A stretch of DNA of 64,000 bases from a virus (lineage: Duplodnaviria; Caudoviricetes): the IMG/VR virus record IMGVR_UViG_2795386114_000004, positions 4,641-68,640 of that record, one strand, 5' to 3'. Below, one piece after another: positions 1 to 7,330 of the stretch. The position numbers and the translations under genes were made by a program. The first letter of the stretch is position 1, and every line of letters starts with the position of its first letter. Below the pieces are notes generated by a model. It saw only the letters and a program-made list of their open reading frames with translations. It was not told the DNA's origin and did no database searches.

Positions 1-113
1 ACCTCGCTCTTCGTGGCCAAGGCCTACGTCCTCACGGGCGCCGATGCGCTCGCCCACCCCGGCGCCGTCATCCGTGTCTGGCGCCTGAACAACCCCGGCA
101 AGGAGTCCGACTC

Positions 114-623
114 GTGACGCAGTTGAAGTTCGACGCAAAGGTGTCGGCATCCGCTCAGGAGGCGCTGGAGCCACACATCCGTCCCGTGTACTCCGTGCCC
201 GCGTCCCGGCGGCTGTTCATCGGCGAGTTCGCCGCGATCGAGAGGACTGAGCCCGCTCCGGGGACTGAGAAGGAAGCGTCGGTCAAGGTACGCATCGTCT
301 CCCTGGAGCTGCCGAACGAGGCCCAGGAGGGCTACGTGCGGGAGGCGTTGCGGTTCCTGCACCTCCAGCGGACGGCCCGCGGAACCCTCGACGACGACGG
401 CCAGTTGGAGCTGGACGAGTCCACGCTGCGCCTGACCGGCGGCCACCTCGCCTACCTGGAGACCGCACGCCTTCGAGCCGCGATGAGCCACTGGGCGACG
501 TACGCCAGGCGAGTCCTGCACACCTCGAACCTCACGGTCTCCGAGGTCCTGCACGAGCTGAAGACGGTCGCGGACGGGCTGACCGCCGGCCTCGACGGCG
601 CCCGCGCAGACGGAGACGAGTGA
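114..623 (+). CDS. Hypothetical phage protein
   Basis: 169 aa ORF, AAGGAG RBS, strong GC3 bias. Confidence 0.75.
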   Translation: MTQLKFDAKVSASAQEALEPHIRPVYSVPASRRLFIGEFAAIERTEPAPGTEKEASVKVRIVSLELPNEAQEGYVREALRFLHLQRTARGTLDDDGQLELDESTLRLTGGHLAYLETARLRAAMSHWATYARRVLHTSNLTVSEVLHELKTVADGLTAGLDGARADGDE

Positions 624-624
624 C

Positions 625-780
625 ATGGCCGTCTTCTTCGCTGGCCTCTTCCTCGGCGGCCTGTCCGGCGGCGTCACCTACGGACTCACCACGGACAACC
701 ATCTCGCCGCCATCGCGGCAGTCATCGCCGCCGTTCTGACCTGGTTCGGCATAGCCACGCTGCTGATCTTCGACGACTGA
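625..780 (+). CDS. Small two-TM membrane protein
   Basis: Manually read ORF MAVFFAGLFLGGLSGGVTYG...LLIFDD, starts 1 nt after the upstream stop. Confidence 0.7.
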   Translation: MAVFFAGLFLGGLSGGVTYGLTTDNHLAAIAAVIAAVLTWFGIATLLIFDD

Positions 781-820
781 CCCGCTAGCTGACAGCCCGC
801 CCACCCCACCGAGAGAGGAG

Positions 821-2065
821 GTGACCCCCATGCCTCAGCGCGTCCGCGTACCGCTGCGCATCCTCGTCGGCTACTACGCCGACGCCGTACTGCCCGTGTA
901 CGTCAAGATCGCTGCCCTGTCCCGGCGCGAGTCCGGCTGCGAAGCAGGGGTCGCCTACCTCGCCGGGCTGCTGGGCCTGTCCCGCTCCACGGTGGAACGG
1001 GCGCTGACCGAGCTGATGCGCCCGGCCCCCGACGACGACATCGCCGAGGTCACCAGCTACCGGCGCACCCACCGCGGCGGCCGCGGCCACACCGCCGTAC
1101 GGCGTGTCAGGGTGCCCGGCCGAGCCGAGCACGGCGCATGGGTGCCGACCCGGGCCGCCGAGGCGTTGAGCCCGCGCCAGCTGCGTGCGTACGCGGCCGT
1201 CAGCTACGCGGTCGCTCTCGGACACGACCTGACACTCGCCGACCTGGGCCGCGTACTGCGGCACCGGTCCGGAAAGAAGGCCGGCCAGCCCCTCGACCCG
1301 CGCTCGGTACGCCGCATCCTGCACAGCCTGGAGGACCTGGGCTGGATCAGCGTGGACCGGCGAGCCGGGTACCGCGGCCGCCACCACTACACGGTCCACG
1401 ACGAACCGCTTCAGGGCCCGCTGACTGCGGATCTTGATGAGGGATCGGGTGGGGATCTTGGCGGGGGATCCCTCGCGTCTGAGGAAGACCACCTGACTGA
1501 CTCACCCGATGATCCGCCGCCTGCCGCCGTGGACATCCGCCGTAGGCGAGAGCAGGTAGTAGCGCGAGGGCCTGTGGAAAACCCTGCGCTGCCGCCGACG
1601 TTCCAGCGTCCCTACGCCGGGCCCCAGCTGAGTCTCGCTCCGCGGATCTGGCGAGTCCTCGAACCGGTCAAGAGCCTGCTGCCGGGCCTGCCGCCCTACG
1701 TGGTCCGTGCGCTGGCACGGGAGGTCGGCCGCCAGCTCGACGAGGGCCAGGAGCCCCAGAGGCTGCGCAGGCGGCTGGAGTTCCGCCTCGCGTCCGCCGA
1801 CACGATCCGCGCCCCAGGCCGGTGGCTGCTCGGTGCGGCCATCGTGCGGCACGGCTGCGGCCTGGTCGCCTGCGAGTCAGGCCGGATCTGGCCCACCGGG
1901 CACGAGTGCGCCGTCTGCGCCCGACAGCGGGACGCCATAGCCAAGCTGCACCGCATCCAGCGCGAACTCGACGACCGCGAACGCCAACTCGGCATACGCG
2001 CCCCCTACCAACTCCCCGCCGGGAGCCCGCAGCCCACGGCTCTGCCGCCCGGGAGGCCCACGTGA
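821..2065 (+). CDS. Replication initiator-like protein (two winged-HTH segments, C-terminal Cys cluster)
   Basis: HTH-like segments YLAGLLGLSRSTVERALTEL and RSVRRILHSLEDLGWI; GCGLVACESG...CAVC; GAGGAG RBS; early position. Confidence 0.6.
   Translation: MTPMPQRVRVPLRILVGYYADAVLPVYVKIAALSRRESGCEAGVAYLAGLLGLSRSTVERALTELMRPAPDDDIAEVTSYRRTHRGGRGHTAVRRVRVPGRAEHGAWVPTRAAEALSPRQLRAYAAVSYAVALGHDLTLADLGRVLRHRSGKKAGQPLDPRSVRRILHSLEDLGWISVDRRAGYRGRHHYTVHDEPLQGPLTADLDEGSGGDLGGGSLASEEDHLTDSPDDPPPAAVDIRRRREQVVARGPVENPALPPTFQRPYAGPQLSLAPRIWRVLEPVKSLLPGLPPYVVRALAREVGRQLDEGQEPQRLRRRLEFRLASADTIRAPGRWLLGAAIVRHGCGLVACESGRIWPTGHECAVCARQRDAIAKLHRIQRELDDRERQLGIRAPYQLPAGSPQPTALPPGRPT
1428..1475 (+). repeat. Iteron-like GGATC repeats (two imperfect 24-bp units), candidate replication origin
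   Basis: GGATC at 1429, 1442, 1453 and 1466 in the linker of the initiator-like gene. Confidence 0.5.
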
Positions 2066-2376
2066 CCGACGACACCGAACTGCCCCGTCCGGCCACCGTG
2101 CAGATGCTCGCACTCGCCGAGGCCGCCCGGCCGGACTGGTCGATCGATCTCCTGAGGGACGTCCTCGCCCAGATCCGCTGCCGCGAAGACATGAGCTTCG
2201 GCCGCCTGGTCGTGGCTGTCGCGCAGCTGATCGCCGACCCCGAGGCCGAACCCCCAGACCTGCTCGCCGCCGCACCCGAGTTGTGGCGCCGCCGCCGGCG
2301 CCCGCCGGGACCCGAGACCGCACATCGCGGGGCCGCCGCCGTACGCGCGGCCCTGCACCAACCCGACACCGACTGA
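2062..2376 (+). CDS. Hypothetical phage protein
   Basis: GTGA overlap with upstream gene; LAEAARPDW motif. Confidence 0.7.
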   Translation: MTDDTELPRPATVQMLALAEAARPDWSIDLLRDVLAQIRCREDMSFGRLVVAVAQLIADPEAEPPDLLAAAPELWRRRRRPPGPETAHRGAAAVRAALHQPDTD

Positions 2377-2392
2377 ACTCTGAAGGGAGGCG

Positions 2393-2815
2393 ATGGCGAT
2401 GACCGCAACGCTGCACATCGGCCGTCGCACCACCCCACACCAGCCGCTCGCTCGCCTGCGGGAGCGCTGGGCCGCCGTCGCACTGAAGCGCTCGCGCCGT
2501 GTCCAGACGGCCACGTTCCAGCAGTTGCACGACGCGCTGCCGCTCGACGACCCGGACCGTCACGACCTTGAGGCCCCGGCCCTCGAGGCCGCCTTCACGG
2601 CCCTGGCTGTCGACCACCCGGAGTCGGTCACTCCTGCCGACGGCGGCGTTGTGGCACGCAGTGCGGACCGCGAGCAGCTGCTCCTCGCCACGTGCGACTC
2701 CTGGTTCCGCGAGATCCACGGCCCTGAGCACAGCTGGGCACCGCGCACCCTCGCCCGTTACGAGCGGCTGATGGGTGGCGTCCGCGACTGCTTCCACCCC
2801 GGCGGTGAGTCATGA
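2393..2815 (+). CDS. Hypothetical phage protein
   Basis: GGGAGG RBS, 140 aa. Confidence 0.7.
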   Translation: MAMTATLHIGRRTTPHQPLARLRERWAAVALKRSRRVQTATFQQLHDALPLDDPDRHDLEAPALEAAFTALAVDHPESVTPADGGVVARSADREQLLLATCDSWFREIHGPEHSWAPRTLARYERLMGGVRDCFHPGGES

Positions 2816-3147
2816 CCACCGGAACCCGCGAGCTCCAGGCCAACGCCGCCACCCTCGCCGCACTGCACGAGAGGCTGTACGTCCTCTTCGGCCGCACCGT
2901 GCGCGAGGTCCGCATCACCCGCGTCTCCTGGCCCGACGGCAAGCGGTGGGTGGCCATGGTGATCGGCACCCACGGCCGGGAGGTACCCATCTTCGACGGC
3001 GGCCTCCACCACGTGGCCGCGGTCGTCCTGCGGGACGCCTTCCCGGACGCCGACTGGGACGTCGCGCAGGACTACGACGTCGCCACCGGGGTCTTGCGCC
3101 AGCACGTCGTCCGGATGCCCGCCAGTCTGAGGGGTGACGAGCTGTGA
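2812..3147 (+). CDS. Hypothetical phage protein
   Basis: ATGA coupling, GC3 bias. Confidence 0.7.
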   Translation: MTTGTRELQANAATLAALHERLYVLFGRTVREVRITRVSWPDGKRWVAMVIGTHGREVPIFDGGLHHVAAVVLRDAFPDADWDVAQDYDVATGVLRQHVVRMPASLRGDEL

Positions 3148-4019
3148 CGAAGATCGAGTGGACCGACCGCACCTGGAACCCGGTCACCGGCTGCACGAAG
3201 GTCTCGCCGGGCTGCGACCACTGCTACGCCGAGAACATCGCCCGCCGCTTCTCCGGCAGCAAGGCGTTCCCGAACGGCTTCAACGTCACTCTCCACGACG
3301 AGCGACTCAGCCAGCCCTTCCGGTGGAAGAAGCCGGCCCGGGTCTTCGTGAACTCCATGAGCGACCTGTTCCACGACAGCGTCCCGGACCTGTTCATCAC
3401 CCAGGTCTTCGACGTCATGGAGGCTGGACTCAACCGCCGTCACACCTTCCAGATCCTGACCAAGCGGCACGCCCGGATGCGGTCGTTCATGCAGGCCCGG
3501 CAGAAGGCGAAGCAGGAGTACGCGGCGAAGTTCAACGACTGCCCCACCGAGGCGATGCGGAACAGCCCGGCCGCGCAAGACGCCAGGGCTCGGGCCTCGA
3601 AGCCGCCCGCGAACATCTGGCTTGGCGTGTCCGTCGAAAACCAGAAGTGGGCCGACATTCGTGTGCCCGCACTGCTGGAGACGCCGGCGGCCGTGCGGTT
3701 CCTCAGCTGCGAACCGTTGCTCGGGCCTGTCGACCTCACGCGCCTTCGCCCACACGTATGCGGCCACGGCCCCGACGGTGTGTGCGAGCGCTGGATCCAC
3801 GGCATCGACTGGGTCATCGTGGGCGGCGAGTCCGGCCCCCGCGCCCGCGCCATGCACCCCGACTGGGCTCGCTCCCTGCGTGACCAGTGCGCTGCCTCCA
3901 ACGTGCCGTTCTTCGTCAAGCAGCTCGGCTCCTGCTGGGGCAGGCACCACAAGGACATCGACCAGTTCCCGGCCGACCTCCGCGTCCGCGACTTCCCGCA
4001 GGAGGCCGTCAATGCGTGA
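3144..4019 (+). CDS. DUF5131 (phage Gp37/Gp68, radical-SAM-like) protein
   Basis: IEWTDRTWNPVTGCTKVSPGCDHCYA, FVNSMSDLFH, FLSCEPLLG, IDWVIVGGESG, VPFFVKQ. Confidence 0.92.
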   Translation: MTKIEWTDRTWNPVTGCTKVSPGCDHCYAENIARRFSGSKAFPNGFNVTLHDERLSQPFRWKKPARVFVNSMSDLFHDSVPDLFITQVFDVMEAGLNRRHTFQILTKRHARMRSFMQARQKAKQEYAAKFNDCPTEAMRNSPAAQDARARASKPPANIWLGVSVENQKWADIRVPALLETPAAVRFLSCEPLLGPVDLTRLRPHVCGHGPDGVCERWIHGIDWVIVGGESGPRARAMHPDWARSLRDQCAASNVPFFVKQLGSCWGRHHKDIDQFPADLRVRDFPQEAVNA

Positions 4020-4512
4020 CGTCGACCTCGCCTACCTCGCTGGCGTCATCGACAGCGACGGCTACATCAGCGCAGCCAACAGCACCCACAAGGGCCGCCG
4101 CTATTTCGGTGCCGCGGTTGGCATCGCTGGGACCCGTCGAGACCCGCACGATCTCGCCGCTGGCTTCTTCGGCGGGAGCGTCCGGATCTACTACCCGAAG
4201 GACGACCGCGCCCACCACCGGCCTCAGTACCAGTGGCAGCGCTATGGACGCAGCGCTGTGCCCGTGATCAGCGCCGTGCTCCCATACCTCCGCGTCAAGG
4301 CAGAGCAGGCGCGGCTGGCGCTGGAACTTCAGGAGTCGCTCGACGAAGCGCGCCTGATGCGCAGCCACGAGGACCCGTTCCCGTGGTTCGGGCCGGACTA
4401 CGACCCGACAAAGGACCTGGCCGATCTGGCCGACGAGGTACGAGCGCTGAACATCCGCGGCATGACGCGCGCCGACCGCATCCACGATGCCTTCCCTGGG
4501 GGTGCTCGATGA
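4012..4512 (+). CDS. Single-motif LAGLIDADG homing endonuclease-like protein
   Basis: N-terminal LAYLAGVIDSDGYI; later VLPYLRVKAEQA typical of the fold. Confidence 0.8.
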   Translation: MRDVDLAYLAGVIDSDGYISAANSTHKGRRYFGAAVGIAGTRRDPHDLAAGFFGGSVRIYYPKDDRAHHRPQYQWQRYGRSAVPVISAVLPYLRVKAEQARLALELQESLDEARLMRSHEDPFPWFGPDYDPTKDLADLADEVRALNIRGMTRADRIHDAFPGGAR

Positions 4513-4868
4513 GCCGCCCCCAGGCCCGCCCGAGGGCCGACCACCAGCATGCAGCAGACCAGGCCCGGCAGATGCCCGGCCAGTGGGTCCTCGCGGGGAC
4601 GTACGCCAGCAGCGCCAGCGCCGTCGCGGCCGCGCTCCAGGTCCGCACCGGCGAGAAGGCTCCCGGCTACAGGCCCGCCGGAGCGTATGAGTCGCGCACC
4701 GAACTGACGCAGGACGGCGCCGACCTCTGGGTCCGCTACCTCGCGACGAGCGGCGGCCGCGGTCCCCGCGACGACTACCGCGACTCGCTGACCTCAGGAC
4801 TGACCGAAACCTTCGACGCCTTCTCCAGCCGCCTCGACGCGGCCGACCCCTCCCGGAGGACTCGATGA
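4509..4868 (+). CDS. Hypothetical phage protein
   Basis: ATGA coupling; ARQMPGQWVLAGTY...LWVRY. Confidence 0.7.
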   Translation: MSRPQARPRADHQHAADQARQMPGQWVLAGTYASSASAVAAALQVRTGEKAPGYRPAGAYESRTELTQDGADLWVRYLATSGGRGPRDDYRDSLTSGLTETFDAFSSRLDAADPSRRTR

Positions 4869-5098
4869 TCGCCCCCTTCATCCGCCGCTTGCGCACCTGG
4901 CTGAACGACGCCCAGGCCAACCGGCTCCGCGCCCAGCTGGCTGAAGCCCAGGACCGCAACCGCGAGCTGGAGCAGCGCGTGGCCGACCTCCAGGCCGCCA
5001 ACGAGGGCGCCTACCACGAGCTCGCCATCGAGCGCGGCATCGCCTGCCTGAGAACCGGCTGCTCGGTCTGCTCGACCGTCCAAAAGGCGGCCGCGTGA
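4865..5098 (+). CDS. Small coiled-coil protein with terminal Cys motif
   Basis: ATGA coupling, heptad-rich. Confidence 0.65.
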   Translation: MIAPFIRRLRTWLNDAQANRLRAQLAEAQDRNRELEQRVADLQAANEGAYHELAIERGIACLRTGCSVCSTVQKAAA

Positions 5099-5565
5099 TC
5101 GCCTACCTGTTCCTGTCCGCCAGCGCCGTTGGCACCGCGGCCGCCGTCTACTTCGTGGCCCCGGCCGGCCGTGGCCTGCACCGGTACGTAGTGCCCCGGT
5201 CCGTGCTGCGGGCGGAAGCTGCCCGCAGCACGGCGGAGGTCGAAGAGCTCGTGTGCAAGCTGGTCGGCCTCTCGTCCGAGCTGGACACCGTCAGCACCGC
5301 CCGGGACGACGCCCAGGCCGGCCTCGACAAGGCCATGCTGCGCATCGCAGACCTCGAGGAGCAGCTGCGCGAGGCGGACAAGGTGCGCGAGGGCGAACAC
5401 CGCGCTCAAGGCCCAGCTGGCCAACGTCAGCGCTATCCGGCCCCTGCCGCTCAGCGGCAGCGCACCACAACCCGCTGCACAGCCGATGCCACTGAATCGG
5501 GCGCCGTTCGCCCTCGGCCCGGCACAGACGCCGAGCTGACCCCCGACCCGCCCGCCGCCGGGTGA
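5095..5565 (+). CDS. TM plus coiled-coil protein; probable 1-nt insertion near 5391
   Basis: Coiled coil continues as ANTALKAQLANVSAIRPL in the shifted frame after GAGGGCG. Confidence 0.6.
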   Translation: MIAYLFLSASAVGTAAAVYFVAPAGRGLHRYVVPRSVLRAEAARSTAEVEELVCKLVGLSSELDTVSTARDDAQAGLDKAMLRIADLEEQLREADKVREGEHRAQGPAGQRQRYPAPAAQRQRTTTRCTADATESGAVRPRPGTDAELTPDPPAAG

Positions 5566-5630
5566 CACCGGCCTCGGCGGCGGGCGCCCGCACCACCATC
5601 CACCACTGATCCGCCCGCCTGGAGCATCCC

Positions 5631-5996
5631 TTGAAGAAGAAGCCCACCCGCATCACCAGCCGCCTGACCACGACCAAGCTGATCGAGACCGTGGCCGCCG
5701 ACCTCGGCATCCCCACGTCGGACGCCCACGAGACGGTGATGGTCGTCTTCGACGCCATCGCGCGTGCCACCGCATCCGGACACGACGTGGCGATCACCAA
5801 CTTCGGCACCTGGCTGTCGTACCGCACCAAGGCGCGCAGGGCCCGCAACCCGCAGAACGGCGACGTCGTCACGGTGCCCGCCCACCAGAAGGTCCGATTC
5901 CGTGTGTCGCCCACGCTCGCCGACGCCGTGCACCGCCGCGACCGCAAGGCCAGCATCCGCAAGGCACCCAAGGGCACCGCGAAGGCCGCGGAGTGA
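5631..5996 (+). CDS. HU/IHF-family DNA-binding protein
   Basis: KLIETVAADLG...VAITNFGTW...ARRARNPQNG...VRFRVSPTLADAV. Confidence 0.9.
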   Translation: MKKKPTRITSRLTTTKLIETVAADLGIPTSDAHETVMVVFDAIARATASGHDVAITNFGTWLSYRTKARRARNPQNGDVVTVPAHQKVRFRVSPTLADAVHRRDRKASIRKAPKGTAKAAE

Positions 5997-5999
5997 CAC

Positions 6000-6653
6000 A
6001 TGGCCTACACAGGAGCCGTCCCGGACACCGGGCCCCACCGCCTCGACTGGATGGACCACGCGGCATGCCGGGACCAGCAGGAGATCTTCGACGACCCGAG
6101 CCGCGAGCACGAGGCCCGCGTCATCTGCGTCGCACGCTGCCCCGTCCGCTCCCGGTGCCTCGCGTTCACGAAGGAGTCCGAGCGCGGACTGCACCGCGAC
6201 CAGCGTGACAGCGTCGCCGCCGGCCTCACCCACTCCGAGCGGCACCGACTCGACAGCGCAGCGGTCCACCGCGCAGACGACCCGACGCCGATCGTCTTCG
6301 ACGGCACGGAACGGTGTGGTACCCACCACGCCCTGCTTCGGCACCTGTGGAACGACGAGCCCATCGACTCGAAGTGCTGGAGCGGCGAAGTCCGACGCGA
6401 TTGGGACAACCGGACAGTTCCCACACCGGCGGTGTCAGCAGTCCCGCAGCCGGAGCCCCAGGTCCTGAAGCCCGCGCCACCGCGGCAGCGGCCGCCAGCC
6501 AAAGGCGAAACCCCGCACGAACGGCGCCTCTACCGACTATGGGCCGACGGCTGCACCGACCTGCAGATCGCCCGCGCCATGGCCATGAGCGTTCCCGCAG
6601 TGCAGCGCGTCCGTAACCGGCTCGGCCTGCTGCCGAACCGGCACACGGCCTGA
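6000..6653 (+). CDS. WhiB-family regulator with extra Cys/His module and C-terminal HTH
   Basis: WMDHAACRD...ICVARCPVRSRC (four Cys); CGTHHALLRH...C; TDLQIARAMAMSVPAVQRVRNRLGL. Confidence 0.85.
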   Translation: MAYTGAVPDTGPHRLDWMDHAACRDQQEIFDDPSREHEARVICVARCPVRSRCLAFTKESERGLHRDQRDSVAAGLTHSERHRLDSAAVHRADDPTPIVFDGTERCGTHHALLRHLWNDEPIDSKCWSGEVRRDWDNRTVPTPAVSAVPQPEPQVLKPAPPRQRPPAKGETPHERRLYRLWADGCTDLQIARAMAMSVPAVQRVRNRLGLLPNRHTA

Positions 6654-6695
6654 CGGCCCCCTCGACGACACCTCCGAACCGACCCAGGAAGGTCC

Positions 6696-6938
6696 ATGTC
6701 CTTGCTCAGCCTCATCGCCATCGGCGTCACCGTGCTCTCGGTGGTCGGGCTCGCCTTCGGTTTGCCCGACCGGTGGTTCTGCGCCCTGCTCGCCCTGGCC
6801 TGCATGCTCGGCGCCGCCGACGCGGCCTACAGCGAGCTCACGGCCTGGGCGATCGGAGGCCTCGCCGGCGGACTGCTGCTGTGCGGTGCCTCCGCCCACG
6901 CCGCCCTCACGGCCAGCCGAGAGCGGAGCCAGCGGTGA
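6696..6938 (+). CDS. Small membrane protein
   Basis: Three hydrophobic segments, GGAAGG RBS. Confidence 0.7.
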   Translation: MSLLSLIAIGVTVLSVVGLAFGLPDRWFCALLALACMLGAADAAYSELTAWAIGGLAGGLLLCGASAHAALTASRERSQR

Positions 6939-7150
6939 CGCCCCACCAGGTCTTCGCCGTCGCGGCGATCGGAGGCCTCGCTGCCGTGGTCAGCCTGGCC
7001 CTGCTCACCGGCTTGTTCCTCGCCCTCTACGCCGCCGTCACGCGCCTCACCGTGGCCCGGCAGGCCCGACGCGAGCGGCGCCGCCACCTCAAGGCCTGCC
7101 GCGCCATCGACGCGCTCGGCACCACCGAACCCACCCGACACACCCGCTGA
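6935..7150 (+). CDS. Small membrane protein
   Basis: GTGA coupling; one long hydrophobic helix and basic tail. Confidence 0.65.
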   Translation: MTPHQVFAVAAIGGLAAVVSLALLTGLFLALYAAVTRLTVARQARRERRRHLKACRAIDALGTTEPTRHTR

Positions 7151-7159
7151 AAGAGACCC

Positions 7160-7330
7160 ATGTCCGACAACGCACAGCTCGCCCGCACCGGTACCGCCGG
7201 AGCCCTCGTCATCGGCACCACCGTCATCACCGGCTGGTGGCTGCTCGCCGCCGCGGCCGCCGTCGTGGCGCTCGGCGCCATCTGCATCCGCGTAGGCTTC
7301 CGCACCGGCCGGGGAGCAGGCGAGCAGTGA
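7160..7330 (+). CDS. 56-aa micropeptide consisting essentially of a LAXTG-type sortase sorting signal
   Basis: Manual translation MSDNAQLARTGTAGALVIGTTVITGWWLLAAAAAVVALGAICIRVGFRTGRGAGEQ; stop overlaps the GT2 start. Confidence 0.8.
   Translation: MSDNAQLARTGTAGALVIGTTVITGWWLLAAAAAVVALGAICIRVGFRTGRGAGEQ

Noticed and set aside
845-1375. Mild GTAC enrichment in the initiator gene (about 8 copies)
   Set aside because: No consistent 8-mer; can largely be explained by Val and Tyr codons
4012-4512. Intein or group I intron hosting the LAGLIDADG ORF
   Set aside because: No Cys/Ser start or His-Asn end, the upstream gene has its own stop, and there is no non-coding room for a ribozyme core
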